From NCBI GenBank assembly GCA_016182525.1, contig JACPGL010000029.1:22997-86996 (forward strand): a DNA stretch of 64,000 nucleotides. Direction: 5' to 3'. The notes beneath the pieces were generated by a model. It worked only from the letters and a program-made list of their open reading frames with translations. It had not been told where the DNA came from and made no database searches. The DNA comes from Candidatus Kerfeldbacteria bacterium. GTDB taxonomy: Bacteria > Patescibacteriota > Patescibacteriia > JACPL01. The translations under genes were made by a program, and so were the position numbers. This document shows positions 20,517-30,105 of this stretch, one piece after another; positions within the stretch are counted from its first letter, which is position 1, and every line of letters starts with the position of its first letter.

Positions 20517-21443
20517 ATGGATTATTCGGTCATCGTTCCGATTCTCAACGAGCGTGAAAACATACGGGAGTTGCATCGGCAAATTCTCGAGACCATGCGT
20601 GGACTCGAGAAACCTTTCGAAATTCTATTTGTTGACGATGGTTCGACCGATGGAAGTTTTGACGTGATGCAAGAACTCGCGCCCCTCACGATTATCCGCA
20701 TGCGAAAATCGTTTGGGCAAACCGCCGCATTTGACGCGGGCATTCGCAATGCTCATGGCGAAGTTCTGATTACGCTTGACGGTGATCTTCAGAATCCCCC
20801 GTCTGAAATTCCTAAACTCTTGCATGAACTCGAGAAAGGATTTGACGCAGTATGCGGCTGGCGAAAAAATCGTCAGGATCCGCCCGTGAAAAAATTTATT
20901 TCCGAGGGTGCGAAGTTCCTGCGAAAATTCTTAGTGAGCGACGGCGTGCACGATGCAGGGTGCTCGCTTCGCGTCTATCGACGTGAATGCTTTCACAACA
21001 TGCAGCTCCTTGGTGAAATGCATCGCTTTATCCCTGCTATCTTGCGCTGGAACGGTTTTCGAATCACCGAGATTTCCGTAGAACACCACCCTCGCCTGCA
21101 TGGCACAAGCAAATACAATTACAAAAGAATCCCAAAGGGGTTTTTAGATATGATCACTGTGTGGTTTTGGAGAAAATACGCAACTCGGCCGCTCCATCTT
21201 TTTGGCGGACTCGGCCTTTTGTTGCTTGGCTCAGGTTTTCTTCTTGGAATCGCGCTCGGCATTCTCCGCGCATACGAGCGCATTTCTCTTGGCCAAAGCA
21301 ATCTTCCGCTCTTTACTGCTCTCCTTATTCTCGTCGGCACGCAGTTTCTTATTACCGGAATTCTCTCGGATATTTTGATTCGAATGTACTATAAATCGGA
21401 TCGTTCGGACTATTCGATACAATCCATTCACACCCGCGAGTAA
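20517..21443 (+). CDS. GT2 polyprenyl-phosphate glycosyltransferase (ArnC/DPM-like)
   Basis: SVIVPILNEREN, VDDGSTD, FGQTAA, LDGDLQNPP, DAGCSLR and GEMHRFIP motifs, plus two C-terminal TMs. Confidence 0.9.
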   Translation: MDYSVIVPILNERENIRELHRQILETMRGLEKPFEILFVDDGSTDGSFDVMQELAPLTIIRMRKSFGQTAAFDAGIRNAHGEVLITLDGDLQNPPSEIPKLLHELEKGFDAVCGWRKNRQDPPVKKFISEGAKFLRKFLVSDGVHDAGCSLRVYRRECFHNMQLLGEMHRFIPAILRWNGFRITEISVEHHPRLHGTSKYNYKRIPKGFLDMITVWFWRKYATRPLHLFGGLGLLLLGSGFLLGIALGILRAYERISLGQSNLPLFTALLILVGTQFLITGILSDILIRMYYKSDRSDYSIQSIHTRE

Positions 21444-21449
21444 GCTCGT

Positions 21450-24400
21450 TCAAGAATTTTCTGTTATCGAGACATCGGAAAACCATATCGGGCACTCGGC
21501 AAGCGTGCCGCTTTGTGGTTCGCTCGTCTGAAAGCGGATCTCGTGTTCCCCGTTGGCAATCATGAGCGCGAATCTCACAGGCGCAAACTCTGACCATGTG
21601 ATTTCTTTTTCGGAAACCTTTTTTCCATCTATGGTGGCGACAAGTGTTTGCCGACCCTCAGAACAGGTGCGAATATCTGCGGCAAACGTTGTCGAAATTT
21701 CATGCGCACTCGAATTGTGTACGACAATTTGCGCACCCTCATTCATCTTACGAACCTGCACCACGCTTCCCACTCGCTCCAGAATATCCCAATTTTTGCC
21801 AACGTGCGCCCATGGTTGTGAACTATCCTCTTTTGGCGCAATGGAATAGACGATCATATCATCTTGCGTTGACTGCGAAATAAGCGGAACGTATTGTTCA
21901 ATCATCGTGCGATAGGCATCTACGTCTTTTTCGGAAAGGAGATTAGTGTGGAGCACAATCGTTTTTGTTCCCGACCGCGCAAGAAAAGAGGAGATCGATG
22001 ACGCGTAGAACGAATCGTCGAAGATATCATGGTGAGCGCTGAACGAATCTTCGCCCTCGCCCGATCCATAAAAGAGAGCACTTCCAATCAGGGGAACCGA
22101 ATCGAGCGGTGAGAGATCTTCTGGCATTCCGAGAGAACGCGGTGACAGAATTCGCTCCTGTTCATCAGTGCGCGTTGTCGAGTATCCATGAAAAGGGATC
22201 TGGAGAACGGATCCATCGTTTTTGCTCAAGATCTGTTCATACACGCCGCGCGTCTTTGACATCCCGTCCGTTGAAATTTTTGTGATTTCAGCTTTTGCAC
22301 TGGCATCTTCGCCACCTTCAGACGTCTCCATTACAAACTGAATGCGCGTATCCTCTTGTGCAAGGGATGATGAAATGCGAAATCTCTGAAAATCCTTCGA
22401 AAGCGCAAAACGATAGGATTGCCCGTCTCCCCAATCAACGCGAAGCACCGAACCTTCTCGCCCCCGCGCAAACAATTGAAGCGTTGCGCCCTCCTGATGA
22501 AAGATATTCCGTATCGTAAGTTCTGCGCCCGTTTGCACGACTTGATACGCCAATCCTCCATCAACCTGATAGGGTTCCCATCCATTTTTTTCTATAAGGA
22601 GCGGCGCGGGCGTGATTGGAAAGAGATCGTCATTCAAGCGATACGCGGCCAATGTGTCATCTTCAAAAACCTTTCGAGCGGAGACCGCCTCCTCCAGAAA
22701 TGAACGAAGATACACATACTCCTCCAGAGGCATCTCTCGATCCCCCTCTCCGATAAACTCTTTGTGGAGGGTGATATACCGAATTCCAAACGATGAAAGA
22801 ATCGCCGTATTATTTTGCCGATTCAGCGTATCGATCGCCGAATGCGCTTGCGGGAATGCATCGTGCGGCAACTCATACAAGAGTTCCTTGAGGATCGGGA
22901 TTTCCTGATTGCGCTGAACGATGGGGTCGTTTGGATTTGACCGCGCAAACTGAAATGTATTGATCATCGGGCGCTGGTGAATCGCCTGATAATAGGTTGA
23001 GCGTGCCGCAGCTCTATAATTCGTCTCGCTCGGAATTTCAAGAATGGAGAAATTTCCCGGCTCATCTCGAATCATCGTATAGAACGGTGAATACGCGAGC
23101 GATGTCGTGGGGATTGGAACGGAGAAGTATTCTGTAACAAGCAATGCGCCAATTCCGACAATGGCAAGAGCTGCTCGGCGAGGATGACGTATCCTTTCGG
23201 CAATGTGAGCCACTGCAAACGCAAATACTACCGCAAAACACATATATGCGCTAACCGAAATCCGATCAATGGCGCGAATATTTTCAAAAAACGGAAAGGC
23301 TTTGTACAGCAAAAGGTATGGAAGAGGAATACGCGGCTCAATCACTCCTTGCACATGCAGATACGGCCCAAGCGAGAGAATATAAAAACCAACTCCTGCA
23401 AGCGTCCAAAACAAGATCTCGCGAGTCCGCTGGTGTACGAGAAGCATTGCAATGAGAATGATCAGGGTATAGCCAAGGTATGCCGAATAGTCAACCTCGT
23501 TTCCCGTAAAGGAGCTTCGGATCGGCTCAAAAAAATCTCCCCACACTCCATGCGTGAACGGCGGAACAACAGCGCTCAAGAGATCATTCGAGTACCGAAT
23601 GGCTTGTTCCTGCCCTGGGTTAAGCCAATTTTCTTGTGACGTTGCGATGCGGAGAAGTGGCAAATAGTGAAAAATACCAACCGCGACTGCAAGAATCAGT
23701 ACGGCAAAACTTGAAAAAAGAAAAACTCGATTTTTAAAAACGCTTCGATGATTCCAAAAAATAAACGGGAGAAAAACGATCAGAAACAAAGCGTAAAACG
23801 CAGCGAAATGATTTTCGCCCTGAATAAGGAGGAGCAAACTGAACAAAAGGGCGACCGCGGTTACGATACGCGGCCGGCGAACGAAACGCAGAATGAAAAA
23901 TGTGGTGAGTGGAATCCACTCAGTGTGCGTCGAGCCGGCAAATCCGAATGACCATGCGACGTGCGCCGGGTTAAAGGCGTAGATGACGCCGGCAAGAAAC
24001 GCCGCACCTTGAATAGTAAGGTACGTCCGAAAAGAATTATCCGTGGAACGAACTGTCCGACGATCATCGCCGCGCGAAACTACCCGAGCATTGTCATTGC
24101 GAGGAGTGAAACGACGAAGCAATCTCGATCCCTCAAGAACTTCTTTGGCAAGAAGATACATCCCGAATCCGGAAGCGATATACGAAAACATCCAAGACAA
24201 ATTGTACCCGAGCGGCGCGCCGAATATGGCATAGAGCGCGGTGTGGATGGTGATCGGGTCAACGCGTACATTTTTCACCGTATCCCATAGCGCACCAGCA
24301 TACCCAAGATCACGAAGGCGAGCATAATTATTGAGAATCTTCGAGAGCGTATAATGCATGTCGCTCCCCAAGCCCGCCGCTTCAGTCCCCACGTGTATAA

Positions 24401-24482
24401 TGACGGGATAGGTAAAAAGGAGTGTCAGGAGAACATACGCTGCGAAGATTCCAATGACGAAAAGGGTCGATAAACGTTTCAT
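21450..24482 (-). CDS. Large polytopic membrane protein, GT-C/YfhO-like glycosyltransferase with extracellular C-terminal domains
   Basis: About 12 TMs; GYNLSW, AFLAGVIYAFNP, YLGY, LSLGP, FENIRAIDR and GIRYITLHK motifs. Confidence 0.7.
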   Translation of the reverse strand: MKRLSTLFVIGIFAAYVLLTLLFTYPVIIHVGTEAAGLGSDMHYTLSKILNNYARLRDLGYAGALWDTVKNVRVDPITIHTALYAIFGAPLGYNLSWMFSYIASGFGMYLLAKEVLEGSRLLRRFTPRNDNARVVSRGDDRRTVRSTDNSFRTYLTIQGAAFLAGVIYAFNPAHVAWSFGFAGSTHTEWIPLTTFFILRFVRRPRIVTAVALLFSLLLLIQGENHFAAFYALFLIVFLPFIFWNHRSVFKNRVFLFSSFAVLILAVAVGIFHYLPLLRIATSQENWLNPGQEQAIRYSNDLLSAVVPPFTHGVWGDFFEPIRSSFTGNEVDYSAYLGYTLIILIAMLLVHQRTREILFWTLAGVGFYILSLGPYLHVQGVIEPRIPLPYLLLYKAFPFFENIRAIDRISVSAYMCFAVVFAFAVAHIAERIRHPRRAALAIVGIGALLVTEYFSVPIPTTSLAYSPFYTMIRDEPGNFSILEIPSETNYRAAARSTYYQAIHQRPMINTFQFARSNPNDPIVQRNQEIPILKELLYELPHDAFPQAHSAIDTLNRQNNTAILSSFGIRYITLHKEFIGEGDREMPLEEYVYLRSFLEEAVSARKVFEDDTLAAYRLNDDLFPITPAPLLIEKNGWEPYQVDGGLAYQVVQTGAELTIRNIFHQEGATLQLFARGREGSVLRVDWGDGQSYRFALSKDFQRFRISSSLAQEDTRIQFVMETSEGGEDASAKAEITKISTDGMSKTRGVYEQILSKNDGSVLQIPFHGYSTTRTDEQERILSPRSLGMPEDLSPLDSVPLIGSALFYGSGEGEDSFSAHHDIFDDSFYASSISSFLARSGTKTIVLHTNLLSEKDVDAYRTMIEQYVPLISQSTQDDMIVYSIAPKEDSSQPWAHVGKNWDILERVGSVVQVRKMNEGAQIVVHNSSAHEISTTFAADIRTCSEGRQTLVATIDGKKVSEKEITWSEFAPVRFALMIANGEHEIRFQTSEPQSGTLAECPIWFSDVSITENS
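24092..24126. repeat. REP/RPE-like palindromic unit inserted in frame within a CDS
   Basis: TGTCATTGCGAGGAGTGAAACGACGAAGCAATCTC. Has the same TGTCAT...ATCTC ends as the reverse complement of the intergenic units. Confidence 0.65.
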
Positions 24483-24491
24483 GCGTGCAAA

Positions 24492-24500
24492 AGTATACCA
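24492..24500 (-). promoter_or_regulatory. Extended -10 promoter (near-leaderless)
   Basis: TGGTATACT, 9 nt before ATG 24482. Confidence 0.5.
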
Positions 24501-24623
24501 CGTTTTTGCCTAAAACCAGCTATTGTATGTGAGTTATGCCTTGACTTCCTCGTCTTTTTTGCTAGGTTTAGGTGTTCTTGTATCCGGAAACGCCGGTGCA
24601 GGACGCCAACGCGGAGGTGTATC

Positions 24624-25124
24624 GTGACCGTTGACGAGATTCGAGAGCAGGCAGCAAGCCTGCTCGACCAGCTGAACCCGTTCGACCCGCTTGGAACCCG
24701 CCTCTTCAACGCCGTGGCACGGCACTCGGTCTCGGTCAGCGTCGAGGCGGTGTGCCTCCGGCGCACCGGCCGGGGAGTGGGGGTGTTCCTTTCTCTCCGC
24801 GGGGAGGAGGAGAGCTTCCCAGAGGAGTGGCACTGCCCCGGATCCATTCAGCGTCCCGGGGAGACGGAGGAGCAGGTTCTCCAACGCATACAGCGTAAGG
24901 AGCTCCGTGTTCCCATCGTATCTGCGCTCAAGGCAGACGAGTGGGACAATCCGGGAGAGGGGGCACGTGGCCACACGCGCCACCTGATATACATCGTCTC
25001 CTTGAACAGAGGCGACGAGGTGGCTACAGGAATGTGGTTCCTGGTGTCCAACCTCCCTCCGGACACGATCCACTACCATAGGAATGAGGTGATTCCTCGG
25101 GCTGTCCGCGCATTCCTCGCCTAG
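24624..25124 (+). CDS. Divergent NUDIX-fold protein (GDP-mannose mannosyl hydrolase-like)
   Basis: WHCPGSIQRPGETEEQVLQRIQRKEL is a modified Nudix box. GTG start with an upstream GGAGGT. Visibly GC-richer than its neighbours. Confidence 0.6.
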   Translation: MTVDEIREQAASLLDQLNPFDPLGTRLFNAVARHSVSVSVEAVCLRRTGRGVGVFLSLRGEEESFPEEWHCPGSIQRPGETEEQVLQRIQRKELRVPIVSALKADEWDNPGEGARGHTRHLIYIVSLNRGDEVATGMWFLVSNLPPDTIHYHRNEVIPRAVRAFLA

Positions 25125-25324
25125 AGCGAGTCGCGCGCTCGAGGATCCTCGTCCTCTGCGTCCTGCCGACCCTTCGTGGTGTCGACAGGCGCTTCACTTT
25201 CCAAGTCCCCTAAACATATAATCATTCTAGCACTTCGTGGGAAAGGACTGAATAGCCACGAGCCTTTTCAAGTCTTTTCATTGCATTTTGGCCATATCCT
25301 ATGTGAAAGTGCATACAATATAGG

Positions 25325-26377
25325 TCATGCTGAGCTCGTTTCACCATAGATGATTCGTATTAAAGAAGCTCGATAGGTTCGAAACCATCCTTGAATAGTT
25401 GATGTCTGTACACGTTTGTGTGTCTGGATGTATTTTCGTTTTCGAAGAATAGAAGGTAAATGAAGAATGATATCACGCCAAGACTGAAGGACAATAAGCA
25501 GAATGCCTCCGCGGGCGTTCTGAACAAGACGTGCAGACGGCCCTTTTTTGCGAAGGATGCTAGAAAAAAGCAAAAAATAGCGGAATGGAAAAAAAATAAA
25601 AGCAAAGAGCAGTATACGAAATGGAAGATTCTTCAGAATGTTAAAGTATTGATTCCGGTGAATATAAAACGATTTGAAAGGAGAAGAACTTTTCCCTGTT
25701 GCACTGTGTTTGTGATGAACAATTGCTCTAGGCGTATAATACGACAAATATCCACGAAGACGCATGCGAAAGGCGAGATCGACATCCTCATAGTACGCAA
25801 AATAATCCTCATCAAAAAACTCACCATTTTTCAGCGCGCAATCTTCAAGCGCCTCTCGCGTATACAATGCCGCCGATGCACTCGCGCCGAACACCTCCTC
25901 TTCTTTCTCATACTGACCCTTATCCTTCTCTCCTTGACCACGATTGATCGCGCTCATATCAGGATAAATAAGAATACCGGTTGCATCAATGACGGCATTC
26001 GGGAAAGAGCGAAGAACATTTGGCTGAATTGACCCTGCCTGAGGATGCCGCTCAGAACAAGCGATCATTTCCTCCAGGTAGTTTGGCGCGACGACCGTAT
26101 CATTATTGAGAGTGACGACAGCAGACACATTGGGCTCCTGAAGGGCTAAACGTATTCCACGATTATTTGGATCGGCAAATCCTTCATTCTTAGGCAATGG
26201 AATCATTTGAACGCTTGGAAAGAGCTGCCGAACCATTTCTTGAGAGCCATCTGTTGATCCATTGTCGATACAAATAACACGGAAATTGTGGACGGTTTGT
26301 TTGTGAAGGGCTGAGAGACATGTCCGGAGCATTTCTCTCCCATTCCAGGTCACAATAATAACTGCAATCATCTTCAT
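25325..26377 (-). CDS. GT2 glycosyltransferase (rhamnosyltransferase-like)
   Basis: VIIVTWNG, IDNGSTDGS, NEGFADPNNRG, LNNDT and FFDEDYFAYYEDVDLAFR motifs. Confidence 0.9.
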   Translation of the reverse strand: MKMIAVIIVTWNGREMLRTCLSALHKQTVHNFRVICIDNGSTDGSQEMVRQLFPSVQMIPLPKNEGFADPNNRGIRLALQEPNVSAVVTLNNDTVVAPNYLEEMIACSERHPQAGSIQPNVLRSFPNAVIDATGILIYPDMSAINRGQGEKDKGQYEKEEEVFGASASAALYTREALEDCALKNGEFFDEDYFAYYEDVDLAFRMRLRGYLSYYTPRAIVHHKHSATGKSSSPFKSFYIHRNQYFNILKNLPFRILLFAFIFFPFRYFLLFSSILRKKGPSARLVQNARGGILLIVLQSWRDIILHLPSILRKRKYIQTHKRVQTSTIQGWFRTYRASLIRIIYGETSSA

Positions 26378-26384
26378 GCCACGT

Positions 26385-26413
26385 ATTCTGTCACAGAAGC
26401 CCAATCGCGTCAA
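26385..26413 (-). promoter_or_regulatory. sigma70-type promoter (likely leaderless)
   Basis: TTGACG-N17-CAGAAT with TG, 7 nt before ATG 26377. Confidence 0.5.
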
Positions 26414-26476
26414 TTATTCCCTTTTTTGCGGGATTTTGATATACTCGGCATGTTTCATTGCATCTCCCGAACAGAT

Positions 26477-27673
26477 ATGTCGCAAGATTCGAGGCAGAGG
26501 ATCCTTATGATTGCTCCCACCCCCTTCTTTTCGAATCGGGGAACGCATATTCGGATCTTTGAAGAAGTAAAGGCTCTCGTCCGGCGCGGGTATACGCTTC
26601 ATATTATCACCTATCACCTCGGCGAAAATCCTTTCCACGACTCAAACATTCGTGTGCATCGTGTCCCCGCTTTGCTTTTTTGGTATCGAAAAACTGAGGC
26701 CGGGGTAAGTTGGCAAAAAATTATTTTGGATATACTCATTATACTTCAAGGGACATGGAAAGCACTGCGCCTTCGCCCCGACATCATCGATGCTCACCAT
26801 CATGAAGGTGTTCTCATCGGATGGTGTATCACGCGACTCCTTTTCTGGCGATCGATCCGGCTCATCGGGGATTTTCATTCCTCGCTTGCCGATGAAATGG
26901 CCTCGGACGGGTATCTTTCTTGGCCTCCGCTCTTTCGGTTCTTTCGTTGGCTCGAACGAATGACATCGCGGCTCCCAGATGAGGCGATTGCCAGCTCCAC
27001 AACCTATACTGGTGCTCTACAGAAGATGCGAAGAGGCCGCCCGACTCACTATGTTCCTGATGGAGTTGGGGGAGCACGTTCGCTTGATAACTCCGACTCT
27101 TCCGCTCACGAACGATTCCATCTCCCACGCGGGAAAGTGCTCATTGTCTATGCCGGTGGCTTTCAAGAGAATAAAGGCATCCTCACTCTTCTTGATGCTT
27201 TCGGTATCGCAAGCAGGAAGCGCAGTGATATACACCTCGTTCTCGCCGGCTCGCCCGCGCTGTCGATCAAGGCGCATCTTGCTTCTCGGCCTGAATTTCG
27301 CGAAACGGTCACGCTCGTGAGTCCGCTTTCGTACCATGATGTTCCCGCACTGCTCGGCGCATGCGATATTGGGGTCGATCCAAAAGAACCGCTTGTCGGG
27401 CAAGCCAGCGGAAAGATCTTGCAGTATATGGGGGCGGGCTTGCCGATTGTGTGTTATGATACGCCTCAGAATCGAGAGTACCTCGGCGATGGTGGACTCA
27501 TCGTGCGCGAGCGATCTCCCGAGAAACTCGCTGAAGCCCTTCTCGCGCTTGCGAACGATCCTGAAAAAAGGCGCCAGATGAGGAAAGAAAGCCTCTCGCG
27601 ATCGCGAACATTTTCATGGCAACACACCGCAGAAACCATTGAAAGAATCTACCACGATGTCTCACGAACGTAG
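26477..27673 (+). CDS. GT4 glycosyltransferase
   Basis: ILMIAPTPFFSNRG, YAGGFQENKGI and KILQYMGAGLPIV motifs. Start uncertain (26450/26477). Confidence 0.88.
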   Translation: MSQDSRQRILMIAPTPFFSNRGTHIRIFEEVKALVRRGYTLHIITYHLGENPFHDSNIRVHRVPALLFWYRKTEAGVSWQKIILDILIILQGTWKALRLRPDIIDAHHHEGVLIGWCITRLLFWRSIRLIGDFHSSLADEMASDGYLSWPPLFRFFRWLERMTSRLPDEAIASSTTYTGALQKMRRGRPTHYVPDGVGGARSLDNSDSSAHERFHLPRGKVLIVYAGGFQENKGILTLLDAFGIASRKRSDIHLVLAGSPALSIKAHLASRPEFRETVTLVSPLSYHDVPALLGACDIGVDPKEPLVGQASGKILQYMGAGLPIVCYDTPQNREYLGDGGLIVRERSPEKLAEALLALANDPEKRRQMRKESLSRSRTFSWQHTAETIERIYHDVSRT

Positions 27674-29102
27674 TATTGCAAAAAATATGTTCGCTATGTC
27701 CGCCGGCCATATCGCCGGCCGCGTGCTGATGTTCGTCTTCACGGTGATCCTTGCACGAGAGCTTGGAGACGAAAGTTTCGGAACGTTTTCGTTTGCCTTT
27801 GCCTATGTGGCATTCGGTTTTATCGTTGCGGATCTTGGGATAAGCGTCTACAGCGTTCGAGAAATTGCCAAAGATCCATCGCGCGAGCGTGAATTCCTTG
27901 AAAACGGGATGCCGTTGAAACTTGTGCTTTCCGCGATCGCCGGCATCCTTATGCTCGGGGTCCTTTTCGCGCTCGCTCCGTTTCTCGACGACAGCCGAGA
28001 GTTGCTTCGGATCATACCTTGGCTTGCTGTGTATGTTTTAGGTGATTCGTTTATCCGCTTGTTTGTTGCGATTTTTCGAGCGCGACACAACATGGAGGTT
28101 GAAGCTGTGATCAATGTCTTCATCCGCGTCATTATCACGAGTTTCGGCATCCTTATCTTGTATAGCGATCGCTTTGCCGATCCTCTTCTCGTCATCATTC
28201 TCGTGTATACCGTTGCTCACCTTCTTGCAGTTTTATTTCTGTTTGAAAAGATTCGGAGCCTTTTCCCGCGTATCCGTTTTCGGTGGCTTTTCTCATCGTG
28301 GAAAACGATTCTTACCCATTCGTGGCCATTTGCCTTATCCATCTTTTTTACCGGCATCTACTACAATCTCGACACGCTCATGATCGGATTTATGCGGAAT
28401 TTTGAAGAAGTTGGATGGTATAACGCCGCGTACCGCATTATCTTTTTTTTACTCATGTTCATCGCCACATTTCAGAGCGTGCTCCTTCCCGTTTTCTCAA
28501 AACTCGCTCAATCGTCGAAGGAGGAGTTGAGGCGAATGATGTCTCTCGCCTCCCGTGTACTGTTCATGGCCACCATTCCTCTTGCAGTTGGCGGGCTTTT
28601 TGTGGCACGGGATTTACTGAACCTTGTGTACACCGAGGAGTATGTGAATGGCGCGATCGCTTTAAGCATTCTTTTGTTTACTGTCGTCGTGAACGGTGCA
28701 AGTTCAGTGTATGCAACAGCAATGCAAGCGATGGGCCACCAGAAAATCCAACTCCACGCCACGGCAGCCGGAGCCATACTCAATGCTGTGCTGAATGCTG
28801 CCGTCATTCCCGTCTTCAGCTTGAACGGCGCGGCAGTGACAACCCTGATAAGCGAGCTTGCGGTTCTGTTCTATCTTATGGTGAAACTCCGGCCGCTGCT
28901 CCAGTATTCACTTTCTCCTCATCTTGCGCGCCCTGTCCTTGCCGGATGCTGCATGGGACTTGGACTTTGGCTTTTTCACCCGCCTCATGTCCTTGTTGCA
29001 ATTGCTCTCGGAGCCGGAATCTATGGGATCGCTCTTATCGTTGTCGGAGGCGTTCGCCTCGAGGAACTTCGAAAGCTCACGGGCATGCTCAAGAGGGGTT
29101 GA
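27657..29102 (+). CDS. wzx: Wzx-type polysaccharide flippase
   Basis: IAKN...LARELG...FG, DLG...REIA, DTLMIG...VGWYNAAYR and GAAVTTLISE motifs; about 12-14 TMs. Confidence 0.88.
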   Translation: MSHERSIAKNMFAMSAGHIAGRVLMFVFTVILARELGDESFGTFSFAFAYVAFGFIVADLGISVYSVREIAKDPSREREFLENGMPLKLVLSAIAGILMLGVLFALAPFLDDSRELLRIIPWLAVYVLGDSFIRLFVAIFRARHNMEVEAVINVFIRVIITSFGILILYSDRFADPLLVIILVYTVAHLLAVLFLFEKIRSLFPRIRFRWLFSSWKTILTHSWPFALSIFFTGIYYNLDTLMIGFMRNFEEVGWYNAAYRIIFFLLMFIATFQSVLLPVFSKLAQSSKEELRRMMSLASRVLFMATIPLAVGGLFVARDLLNLVYTEEYVNGAIALSILLFTVVVNGASSVYATAMQAMGHQKIQLHATAAGAILNAVLNAAVIPVFSLNGAAVTTLISELAVLFYLMVKLRPLLQYSLSPHLARPVLAGCCMGLGLWLFHPPHVLVAIALGAGIYGIALIVVGGVRLEELRKLTGMLKRG

Positions 29103-29127
29103 TCATTTTTTGAACGCATGATAGAGT
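29099..29127 (+). promoter_or_regulatory. sigma70-type promoter (near-leaderless)
   Basis: TTGATC-N17-TAGAGT with TG, 9 nt before ATG 29137. Confidence 0.45.
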
Positions 29128-29136
29128 AGTGGCGGT

Positions 29137-30099
29137 ATGTCAACGATTTTTCTGACCGGCGGTGCCGGATTTATTGGGTCTTTTGTTGCAGAAAAGCTCC
29201 TTGGGCGAGGGGACACGGTTGTGTGTGTCGATGATTTTAACGATTACTACGACGTTACGCTCAAAGAAGCGAGAGTTGAACCGTTCACACACAATCCAAA
29301 CTTTACGCTCTACCGAAAAGATATTCGCGATCTCGCTGCAATGAAAGAGATCTTCGCGAAACACCGCATTGATAAAGTATGCCACCTCGCCGCGCGCGCC
29401 GGCGTCCGAGCATCAATCAAAGATCCTCTCCTCTACACCGAAGTGAATGTGGATGGAACAACGAATCTTCTCGAGTGCTGCCGAATCTTCAATGTGAAAC
29501 ATTTTATTTTTGCTTCAACATCATCCGTTTACGGCAACAATAAAAAAATTCCTTTCTCGGAAGACGATCCTGTCGATCACCCGATCTCCCCCTACGCCGC
29601 AACAAAAAAAGCAACCGAGCTTATTGCTCACACCTATTCCCACCTCTTTGGAATTCGCTGCATTGGATTGCGGTTCTTTACGGTCTATGGGCCAAAAGGC
29701 CGGCCTGACATGGCCGCGTTTCTTTTTGCTGATGGAATTATGAATGGAACAGCTATTCAGGTGTTTAACCATGGGAACATGGAACGTGATTTTACCTATA
29801 TTGATGACATTGTCGACGGTGTTCTGCGGTCGATTGATGCTGACGAGCTTCGCTATGAAATTATCAACCTGGGCAACTCGCATACCGTCAAACTGACCAC
29901 CTTTATCGAACTCATCGAACGCGGACTTGGAAAAACAGCAAACAAAGAGTTCTGTGAGATGCAGCCAGGCGATGTGCCAAAGACCCATGCGGATATTACA
30001 AAGGCGCAGCGTCTCCTTGGATGGCAGCCTCATACGAAAATTGAAAAAGGCATAGAACATTTTATTCAATGGTATGTCAATGAGTACAAACGGTCCTGA
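29137..30099 (+). CDS. UDP-glucuronate 4-epimerase
   Basis: [56 protein letters not shown] and MQPGDV motifs. Confidence 0.9.
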   Translation: MSTIFLTGGAGFIGSFVAEKLLGRGDTVVCVDDFNDYYDVTLKEARVEPFTHNPNFTLYRKDIRDLAAMKEIFAKHRIDKVCHLAARAGVRASIKDPLLYTEVNVDGTTNLLECCRIFNVKHFIFASTSSVYGNNKKIPFSEDDPVDHPISPYAATKKATELIAHTYSHLFGIRCIGLRFFTVYGPKGRPDMAAFLFADGIMNGTAIQVFNHGNMERDFTYIDDIVDGVLRSIDADELRYEIINLGNSHTVKLTTFIELIERGLGKTANKEFCEMQPGDVPKTHADITKAQRLLGWQPHTKIEKGIEHFIQWYVNEYKRS

Positions 30100-30105
30100 A
30101 AAAAT

